A stretch of 64,000 nt of DNA from Octopus sinensis (Eukaryota). The position numbers and the translations under genes are program-made. Of the stretch, positions 54,331-64,000 are shown in pieces. The notes under the pieces were generated by a model. It saw nothing but the letters and a program-made list of their open reading frames with translations. It had not been told where the DNA came from and ran no database searches. The DNA lies in assembly GCF_006345805.1 (NCBI RefSeq), contig NC_043013.1, forward strand, positions 15,066,001-15,130,000, given 5' to 3'. Each line of letters opens with the position of its first letter. Positions within the stretch are counted from its first letter, which is position 1.

Positions 54331-55654
54331 CCCTTGATTCAATGTACAAATGTATGTGTCTTTGTGTTAATGTTTGTCCCCCATCACCACTTGAGAACTA
54401 GTGCTGGTTTGTTTCCATTCTTTGATACTTAACAGTTCAGCTAAAATGACTGGTAGAATGAATGCCAGGCTTTCAAAAACTAGATACTGGGTTGATTGGT
54501 TTGAATAAACCCTTCAATTTGAACCAGAGCATGGCAATAGTCCAATGATTGAAACAAGTAAAAAAGTAAAGGATATATATATATATACACAGTTAAGACA
54601 CCCGTGCCGGTGACACATAAAAAGCACCGTCCGAATGTGGCAGATACCACTGCCGCCTGACTGGCGTCCATGTCGGTGACACGTAAAAGCACCAACCGAT
54701 CGTGGCCATTTGCCAGCCTGCTCTGGCTCCTGTGCCGGTGGCACGTAAAAAACACCCACTACACTCACGGAGTGGTTGGCATTAGGAAGGGCATCCAGCT
54801 GTAGAAACACTGCCAGATCAGACTGGAGCCTGGTGCAGCCTCCAGGCTTCCCAGACCCCGGTCGAACCATCCAACCCATGCTAGCATGAAAACGGATGTT
54901 AAATGATGATGATGAATGTAATATATATGTGTGTGTATGTATGTGCTGGGTGAGTGCTGCACACACCTACCAAAGATATATAAAAATGTCATAAAGAGCA
55001 GTAAAGTGACAAATTTCACTGTGCCAGCAAATAGTTGGTAAATTGCTAGGGCAAACAATCTTTTTGCTTTATCAGAAATAATCGGCTTGTTGTGTAAAAC
55101 ATTTATCTGAATCAGTGATATTTATTTAATTTTCAATCAATGTCCTATTCATTGATCTGTAAGCAACAATTTTTTCCATCTTCACAATTGAAAATGTATG
55201 TATTAGACAATTAGCAAACAAGACTGCCACTCTCGGTGAGACAAATATCACAGCTTTCAGTTGAAAGTGTGTCCTGCAAAGAGACCCAAGAGTTCAATAT
55301 CCTTGAATATCTCAAATGGCTCGCCAGCTCCTGTCAAACCACCTAACCCATGCCAGCATTGAAAATGGATGTTAAATGATTATGATGACGTATTTAAATA
55401 TGTAAAGGAACAAGAATGGAACAGCTCAGATGGAATATGTAGACATGGTAACAAATATACACATACACCACACACTGTAACATATGTTTCCTGCAAATTT
55501 GAACAATATATATAGATATATCACAGTACTGTCCAGACCATCAGATGCTGTTATATACAGCTGGACACAATGCATTTCCAATTCTGTTTTGATTGTGCTG
55601 TTACCATTCTTTTCCATCATGACCCAAATTACTGGGGTCACAATGGAAAAGTGA

Positions 55655-55890
55655 AGGCCTTCCGAGTGGCCTTTTCCAATCTCTTAGGTACCACTCAGCA
55701 ACTGCACAGGTCCACTTGTTATCTGTGAAACTAGTGAAATGTCCAACCCAACGGAACTTGTACTTTTGGTACTCTGCAATCACATCGTTGACTCTACTCC
55801 ATTCTTGAATTATCTAATTTTGAATGTGCTTTTGTAATTATATTCCTAACATGGCTCTTTCCATGGCCTTTTGTGTCATTAGGCAAGAAT
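55655..55890 (-). mobile_element. RTE-1-like LINE 3' fragment
   Basis: AMERAMLGI...RVNDVIAEY..KFRWVGHFTSFTDNKWT...KRPLGRP. Confidence 0.75.
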
Positions 55891-55894
55891 ATGC

Positions 55895-56938
55895 GAGCTC
55901 ATCTCTACAACGCTGAGGAATTCTCTCTCATCATCTTCTACTAATTGGAAATGGCGCCTTACCGTTGAATAACACCTTGCAGTAGCATGTACTGCAATGT
56001 GAATACATGGTGTCTACATTGGCTGAGCTTTAAAAAAAAGGTATTTCGCACATTGCAAGACAACTTCAAAAACAAGGCATGGTTCACAGAGAGAGCTATT
56101 TTAGCACCTTGGAATGAAAGCACTGATAAAGTAAACCATGAACCCCCTCCACATTCTACCTGGAGATACTTCAACATTTGTCTCCATCGATGAACATGCT
56201 GCTGTTGAGTATCCAGTTGAATTTCTCAACTCTCTACAACCCACAGGACTGCCACCACATAAGTTGTTCCTAAAGAAAGGTGCACCTATCTTGCTCTTGA
56301 GGAATTTGGACCCATCACAACTATGCAATGGTACAAAATTGATTATAACTCTAATGTGCTTCATTATGACAATCAAGAAAGCCCAGGGTCAAACTTTAAA
56401 AATTGTGGGTCTCAGTTGACAACAACCCTTCCTTTCTCATGGACAACTATATGTTGCATACTCTTGAGTTCGCAGTGCAGATGACTTGTGTATTTATTCT
56501 ACCAACACTGGACTTACGTAAAACACAGTTTACCCAGAAGCATTGTCAGCTTCACTTAACAAATGTTGAAGTGTGCAGTCTGCCCAAACATTACATAGAT
56601 GGTTCTTTTTACAATGAAGCAGCTTTCTTTCCATGTACCTTACTTTCTGCAATACGGATACCTCTACATTCTCATTTGTCATCCAATTCTTTACATCGGT
56701 AAGTCTAGGTCATTTTAGGGTCATTTTTAGGATTTCATTCCAATCTAAGCTGCTATCCTACATGTTTTTGGTGACCAAAATTTCAACATTGTTCATCACA
56801 AAATGACCGAAAAATATGTTTATAAAAAAGAGTTGTTTGCTTTCATGCTCCTCATGTGCCAATTCTACCCATAAGAAAGAAATAATACAATGTGACTGTA
56901 GGTTATAACACTCAGGCAACACCGAGATGCATTGCTAG
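55895..56938 (+). mobile_element. Helitron 3' remnant: PIF1-like helicase C-terminus plus terminus
   Basis: [75 protein letters not shown]; imperfect hairpin and CTAG|T at 56935-56939. Confidence 0.88.
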
Positions 56939-56957
56939 TGTGTCTGTGTGTGTGAGC

Positions 56958-57000
<43 letters not shown>

Positions 57001-57019
57001 TATATATATATAAAATATA

Positions 57020-57565
57020 TGGAGTAAAGATTGTTTGCCAACATAACATGGCAGTCCTGGTTTAGGACAAATGTTGCTGTAATTTAGCCCCAGGAGACAT
57101 CATCTCCAGCTGTCTATATGACATGATCTGTGTCCTTATATTTTCGAACAAGGGAATCTTACACCCCATCTCAGCTCAAAACAATATCTGTGAAATCAAA
57201 GAGTGTGAAGCTGCCGCATGCCTTGATCCGCGCACGGTGGCTGCTGCAATAGGTCGTACGTGTCGGTCTCAGTCAATATTTGCACCACGACCAATGCAAA
57301 TATTAGTCTGAGACTGACACGTATGGGCTGTTGCAGCAGCCACTGTGCTCCATCCGCAGGTCAAAGTGTGCAGTGGCTTCACACCCTTTGATTTCACAGA
57401 TATTGTTTTGAGCTGAGTGGGGGTGCTACATTCCCTTGTTTGAAAATATAAGGACAGATCGTGTCGTATAGCCAGCTGGTGACGATGTCTCCTGGGGCTA
57501 AATTACAGCAACATTCATCCTAAACTAGGACTGCCATGTTATGTTAGCAAACAATCTTTACTCCA
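57020..57565. repeat. 546-bp palindrome (foldback or MITE-like)
   Basis: Arms 57020-57284 and 57295-57565 are reverse complements (roughly 85-88% by manual alignment) around a 10-nt loop CCACGACCAA. Confidence 0.9.
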
Positions 57566-59202
57566 AAGTACTATTGCTGAATATCTCATATTGTGAGATT
57601 TACAAATAGTAAATTTCTAATAAAATATATGGTTGATAAAATAACTTCAGGATATTTTTTCTTTTTCACTGAATTTTATTCAAGTTTAAACTTTATTAAA
57701 TAATTTCCAATTTTTTTTTCCTCCTGAATAGTCATTTTCAAAAATTTCAATTGATAAAACCATAATATCAGTTTACTCAAATTGAAATTCCCAAAACGAA
57801 AAAAAAAAAAAAGATGTAAAGAATAAAAATGAAAAAATATAAAAAAACTTGAATGAAAAGTCCTCATCTGTATTTTTAATATAGCAAAAAGCAATGTGGG
57901 AAAAAAATTACTCACACACACACACACAAACCTTAACAACAATGGACGATATCATTTCTTTTCCTTTCAGACAATAAAAATAACAAATTTTACTCATCAC
58001 ATAAAAAGTAGCTTTTCACATTAAAAAAATAAACCCCAAGAAAACCATATTATCACAAAATGTTTCAGCTAAATGGGATAAGCTTAGATACAGGATTATA
58101 ATCTCAATTAAACAAAATAAATTTTTATATATATTATTATTAATAATATTAATAATAATAATAAAAAATAACAATACTAATCATTACTAGATTTTTTACA
58201 GAATTTTTTTTTTCCATTTCATTTTTTTTTTTTTTACAAAGGAGAAAAATGAAATAAAATTTGAAATAAAGAGAAAGTTTAATGAGAAGTAATGAGAAAT
58301 AACGAGCTGTAATGATGAAAATCATGTAAATATTTGAAGCACACACAAATATGATGTGTATTTTTTGTTCCTTTTTGTTTTCTGTGAAACAAACAATGAC
58401 ACTGAGGTATAGATACACAGATGTATATGTATGCATGTATGTGTATATATATATGTGTATGTATATATATATATGTGTGTGTGTGTTGTTTGTATGTGTG
58501 AGTGTGTTTATGTTGTGTTTGGAAGTATACATGTATGAGAAACGGATGTTGATGTTGATGGTGATAATGAGGTTGATGTTTATGCTGTGAATTATCCATC
58601 ATCCAAGAAGGATAAAGTTGCCCTTCAAGAGAAAAATAATAATAAGAAGATGCACAGGTATCAAAATAAAATGGAACAAACTTCCACCAAGTCATGGTCA
58701 GTAGATCAATTTTATTCTGATTTACTGCAGACTGAATGTTTCACCAAAGGAGACCTGAAGATGATGAAGTTAACACAAAGAAAATCAGCAGGATTTTTTT
58801 TAAGGGAGAGGTAGTTATATACACACATATATATATATATATGTATATATGTTTGATTATGGCTGTATTTATATATGTGTATATGTATAAATTAATGCAT
58901 GTATATTTGTTATTGTCAATGGTTCTCAATCTTATACAACTTTGGACCACCACCCTTTCACCCAATGCTTTTTTTTATATATAAATGTCTCCTTTCCACC
59001 ATTATCATTATTCTCATCATTTAATGTCCATGCTTTATGTTGGCATGAGTTGGAGAGTTTGACAAGATCTAAGGGGTCCAAAGACTGCTTCATGCTCCAA
59101 TGCCTTCTTTGTCATAGTTTCCACAGCTCGATGCTCTCCTTGAGGGCAACCACATTACAGAATGCACTGGGTGCCTTTTTTGTGATGGTACCAGTACTAG
59201 TG

Positions 59203-59878
59203 TAGGTCTTTACCTCAATGAGGCCAAGACTGAATACATAAACAAGTGCCTGTCCAACAGTGATTGCATCATCCATACTCTCAACAATGCGCCCTTAAAT
59301 ATGGTTTCTGATTACAAATATCTTGGGTCATACATATCATCTGGAAAAGACTTTCGAACTAGAAAGGGTATGGCCTGGTCAGCCTGTAATGACATGCATA
59401 AGATCTGGTCATCAAATCTAAGTAGAGACTTCAAACTTGAAATCTTCAAAGCCACAGTCGAACCAATTCTACTATATGGCTCAGAAACCTGGACGTTATC
59501 AAAGAAGCTTGAGAGGCGGTTGGATGGAACCTACACTCGCCTCCTTATGAGAGCTCAAAATCTCTCGTGGAAGCGCCATCCAACCAAAATGCAAATATAT
59601 GGGAAACTACTACCTGTGTCATCTCTTGTGAAAGGTAGGAGAGTCCAGTTTGCTGGACATTGTTGTAGAGCTGAAAAAGAGGTAATTTCTACTCTTCTCC
59701 TCTGGAAGCCATCTACTCGCAATACCAGAGGGCACACTCTCCTACCCTGATGTAATCTCCAGGGATACAGGCATCCAGCAACAGGACCTCTGTAATGCCA
59801 TGATGGACCATGAAGTCTGGCGTAGCATGGTAAATTCCATTGTCTCGACCACGGTCGAACAATGATGATGATGATGAT
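59203..59878 (+). mobile_element. RTE-X-like LINE 3' end with (GAT)n tail, copy 2
   Basis: YKYLGSYISS, ILLYGSETWTLSKKLERRLDG, VQFAGHC; ends GAACAATGATGATGATGATG. Confidence 0.85.
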
Positions 59879-61016
59879 GCAACCTGCAAGACTAAGAGAC
59901 CCTATGAGTGAGAGAAGCTGCTGTAGAGCGGGAGACAGCTTTATGCAATGAAATGATGGGGTGGGGTTAGAGTATGAGAAAAGGGCCAGAACAGAACAGT
60001 TTCTTGCTGGAGAGGAACCACACAACTACTCCCACTATAGAAGAGAGATGGGAGTGACTGGGATGGAGCTGGAAAGAGGTAAAATAGTGGTGACAAGGTG
60101 TAACAGTGGACCCATGGTGTTTTGAAAATCCCCCCCCCCCCAGCAGATTACATTGCAAAACAAAATTTTTCTTTTCTTCTTTTTTTTTGTCTTTGGTTAG
60201 TGTTATTTCCTATTTGATTCTAGCTTGAAATCAAAGGAAATGACTATTATTGCCTTCAAACTTTACTTTTGTGACCTGGACCTATTTTCCATTACATTTC
60301 AGACAGATTCAGCATTGAGTTGCTGAAGCAGAAATATCATTATAGCAAATATTCTGCTCAATACCACAGATTTGCTTGTCAGTTGCTTGACTACTGTAAC
60401 CACTCAAACATGTCCCTTAGTGGTTGACATGTGCCTCTCTGATCATGAGCAGGAGTAGTGGCAGGGAGCATCATAGCCATGTGTTGGGAGAGATTCTTTG
60501 GGATTTGAATATATATAACAAAAGCAAAGTCCAAAGGAAATCTTAGCCATTCTTTCTAGGGGTAAGCAAATAGAAAATAACAATTGCTACCCAAGGACAA
60601 AATTTGTGTTACATAATGTTATTGTAATTACACAGAGGCTACTCACTGATTTTATACAATGGTTATGTATTATACTATCCCATCCAGCTTGTTTCATTTT
60701 TAGATTATTTGCATGGACTAACACTCACCTATGTTAAATTTTTATGGAAATAACCAAAAATGATGAGGTCTTATACAATGAAATTATATTGTATCTGGGT
60801 GTTTCATCAGTCACTATTTCTGCACTCTGATAATACACTGTCTAACTCATCTTCTACCCCTGACAAAGATTTTTTTGAAAAGTGTATTGTATTTTACTTG
60901 GTCTAAATATTTTATATCTAAAAAATTCACAACCCCCTCTGGACACCCCCTATACCCTCATAGCACCTCTTTGACAATAGCATTAAGTCAAGAACCACTG
61001 GTTTATCTGATTAAGG

Positions 61017-61158
61017 CAATGGTTCCCAACCTTTTCACTACCAAAGACCCCTTTTATTTAAATGAGTTTTCCGATGGACTCCAGATATTGAAAGGGCTGT
61101 CAGCTTAGCATGTTCATGGACCACCAGGGGTTCACAGATCACAGGTTGGGAACCACTG
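61017..61158. mobile_element. hAT-type MITE (142 bp)
   Basis: 16-bp TIR CAATGGTTCCCAACCT / AGGTTGGGAACCACTG; 8-bp TSD GATTAAGG / GATTAAAG. Confidence 0.85.
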
Positions 61159-61189
61159 GATTAAAGTGTCACCAGTCTTATGTATTCTC

Positions 61190-61720
61190 ATGCAGTACAT
61201 AATGCATGTGTCACATACATCTTGTAGCTTTTAATGTGTGTAACACGTCATATTGCATTTAATATGCATGTAACATGTTTCATGTAGCACTTAATATGAA
61301 TGTCATACATCTTATGTAGCACTTAATATATGTCACATGTCTTACGTAGCAATCAGTATATATATATTACATGTCTAATGTAGCACTTGTGTAAATCATA
61401 TTTCATGTAATATCTAATGTGTCACATGACTCATGTAGCACTTAATATATCTGTTACAAGTAGAACGCACCATTTAAAATATATGTAGGTTATGTTTCAT
61501 GCATTAGTTAATACATGTGTGGTATATCTTACGTAGCATTTTATATGTGTCGCATCTTTTATGTAGCACTCAATATATATCACGTTTTATGTAGCACTTA
61601 ATATGCGTTGTGTTGTGTGCATGTATGTGTCACTTGTGGTATATAACACTTAATGTGAGTGTGTTTCATTAACCACTATGTATTTGCGTTTGTGTCACAT
61701 GTTTGATGTAGCACTTAATA
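61190..61720. repeat. Degenerate tandem repeat with core ATGTAGCACTTAATAT
   Basis: About a dozen (C/A)TGTAGCA(C)TTAA-like cores at roughly 30-45 bp spacing. Confidence 0.75.
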
Positions 61721-61826
61721 AATATGTATGTGTGAGTGTGTGTGTTCATGTGTGAGAGAGAGAGAGAGAGCATGTGTCATTGGTAAAATGAAAATACTTA
61801 ATGTCTGTGAATGATCTCAAGTAGTA

Positions 61827-62279
61827 TTATGCTGCAAAGGGATCCGATGCGAACGGTTGCTTTCCTTGTAAGAAATATGCAATGTTCAACAGCTTTTCAG
61901 TGGATGTCAAAACACTGTCAGATTTTTGGAAATATGTAGTGTTCCCTTGAGAAACTATGATAAACTGGAATCGGATCAACGTGAGAATCCAAGCGAGGGA
62001 GAAGAGATCCATGGTGGAGAGGGTCAAGATCCAGATGTTGCTCCGTATCAGTATGACGACCGTTTCGAGAACGGTGAAGTCTTTGTAAACATTAATACAA
62101 TACAGCAATGCAGTGAGGAGGAAGAAACTCAGACTGGCTGCACAGCAAATAAGAAACCACACAAACAATGTGTGGTTATTCTTCGCAACACACTTCAGCA
62201 GAAAGAGGCAATGATGGTCCATATTTTGGAAGCATGTCACACAGAGGCGGCAATGTTTCACTCGAGGACTTCGGACAAT
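61827..62279 (-). CDS. Terminal coding exon of a DHHC-domain palmitoyltransferase (ZDHHC family); upstream exons not found in the window
   Basis: Acceptor ttttcgttttctag at 62280; reads IVRSPRVKHCRLCVTCFQNMDHHCLFLLKCVAKNNH (DHHC cysteine-rich domain), then two hydrophobic helices and TAA at 61827. Paralog not assignable by eye. Confidence 0.92.
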   Translation of the reverse strand: MVRSPRVKHCRLCVTCFQNMDHHCLFLLKCVAKNNHTLFVWFLICCAASLSFFLLTALLYCINVYKDFTVLETVVILIRSNIWILTLSTMDLFSLAWILTLIRFQFIIVSQGNTTYFQKSDSVLTSTEKLLNIAYFLQGKQPFASDPFAA

Positions 62280-62359
62280 CTAGAAAACGAAAGAAAATTA
62301 TTAAAATTAAAATAGACAGGAATTGCATAATGAAAATTCTATATTATTATTATCATTTT

Positions 62360-63045
62360 TTTACTTTTAACCTGCATGTTTGTTACAGTCACTTGCTGAG
62401 ATACCCCAGTGTCCTGGGGCGAATGAAGGATAAGAGATGTTACAAGTATGACTGAAAGCTTGTGGAGGGGAAGTAGCAAAATATCTTCAGGTAATACAAA
62501 ACAGACATTTAAATGGATAGGGTTTTTCCAAGGATGTGGGTAGTACTTGTCAGAACAGTCTTTTGGATTTCTCTGAGACATGGTTCTCCTGGGATGTTAT
62601 CTGGATGTTTCTGACATCCATTTTTATCATATCTAGGGCACCCACAATAACAAGAACAGTTCTCTTTTTAAGATACCACAAATTTTGTATTTCAATCACT
62701 GGGTCCTTATATTTTTTTGATAATGTCAAATCCCTTGATAGATATATTTTTATCAATGGGAACACTTATATCTATAAGTCTACAAGTATTTTCTTCCCTG
62801 TCTTTAATGATTATGCTTGATTAGCCAGGATGATTCTGTTGGTGTTGACTGCAAAATCCCAGAGGATAGTGACATTTTTACCTTCAACGACTGGCTTAGG
62901 ATGATGTTCATACCAGTAAGCAGGAATGCTGATTTTGTAGTGATGCTGGGTGCTTTTCACATGCTTCCACAGTAGAAAAAATTGCCTGGACTGATGCATT
63001 GTTTCAAATGGAGAATACTTTGAAGGTGATAAAATTATAAACATG
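62360..63045 (-). mobile_element. R4/Dong-like LINE 3' end (RLE domain)
   Basis: HHPKPVVEGKNVTILWDFAVNTNRIILAN and KYKDPVIEIQNLWYLK..VLVIVGALDMI; ends at a TAA tract near 62340. Confidence 0.75.
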
Positions 63046-63344
63046 TAAATCTAAGTGAATAAAATAATACTGCAAGATTCCAGTTTTTTTTTAGTATCTC
63101 TTCATATATACGAAAGTGTGTGTGTGTGTGGGTGAAATAATTTTTACAATGTAAATAGTGGGAAAAAAAACAAAAAAAAAAAAATTTAATTAGTATAAAA
63201 ATCAAAGATATGTTTAACTTACTTCACACTCTTCACAAAATATTTCGACTTTCAATGGTGGAACACACAGATCTTTTAGTGTATAAGGGCAATTAGTGCC
63301 ATCTTTAGACAGGGAGTACCGGATTGTACCTGAAGAGTAAATAA

Positions 63345-63600
63345 TAAAATGATGGATACCAGAGAATTTGAAAAAATAAAATTGAGAAATACCAGGACCT
63401 AGTCAGAGAGATTGTGGAACACAAAGGTGACAATAGTTCCTGTGGTAATTGGTGCATTTGGCATAAAAACTCAAACTGATACCTAAGGGAATGAAGGATA
63501 TTGGAATTGAGGCATGCACTATCAACCTGCAGAAAAGTACAACCTTGTATTCTGCAAGAATCTTAAAGATTCTTAAGATTTGAGGAGACTTGTTGTCACC
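63345..63600 (+). mobile_element. R4/Dong-like LINE 3' fragment
   Basis: IEKYQDLVRE..WNTKVTIVPVVIGAFG across a frameshift. Confidence 0.65.
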
Positions 63601-64000
63601 AAACCACTGAACCTCAAGATAGCATCTTCCTAAAAAAATATTTACAACAACAACATCAGGGAGGCGCAATGGCCCAATGGTTAGGGCATCCCAGACCGGG
63701 CATTGTGTGTGTTTATTGAGCGAAAACACCAAAAGCTCCACGAGGCTCTGGCAGGGGGTGGTGGCGACCCCTGTTGTACTCTTTCGCCCCAACTTTCTCT
63801 CACTTTTTCTTCCTGTTTCTTATCCCCGACTTCCTACATAACTGCTGAGCCTGGATGCGCATTCATCCATCCGTCGATGCTCTCGGTGTCGCGGGTTGAC
63901 CTGCTTTCTCTTCTGCGGGTCTTACGAATAGCAAAGGACCACGTTTTGGACTTCTCCCATCTTGTGAGCTCTGGGACGAAGACCGTTCGCTCAACAGCAA

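Noticed and set aside
56138-56419. PIF1 helicase as a host gene
   Set aside because: It is frameshifted, internally deleted, intronless and followed by a Helitron hairpin-CTAG end.
61926-62315. 129-aa plus-strand ORF
   Set aside because: It is the antisense shadow of the DHHC exon.

Overview
AT-rich, repeat-dense eukaryotic DNA. The SINE families and microsatellites look like those of an octopus (coleoid cephalopod) genome; this is recognition, not a database result. I reconstructed one complete minus-strand gene by hand: a 9-exon DENND11 (KIAA1147/LCHN) ortholog. Its CDS runs 51928->2425 (1365 nt, 454 aa), all introns are GT-AG with consistent phases, and intron 1 is 28.5 kb. The last coding exon of a second minus-strand gene, a DHHC palmitoyltransferase, lies at 61827-62279. 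The rest is transposon relics (mariner, Helitron, Penelope-like, RTE/RTE-X, R4/Dong-like, CR1-like, hAT and piggyBac MITEs, several SINEs) and simple repeats. Most ORFs in the supplied track are spurious. The main observations are: (i) two degenerate minimal hammerhead-ribozyme motifs in an inverted Penelope-type repeat at 41735-42455; (ii) a five-unit SINE array under one TSD whose GGTAT junction recurs at the 3' flanks of solo copies; (iii) a 546-bp palindrome; (iv) a candidate antisense CpG-rich first exon; (v) elements that sit in (TAA)n tracts. TE boundaries are approximate unless TIRs or TSDs are quoted.
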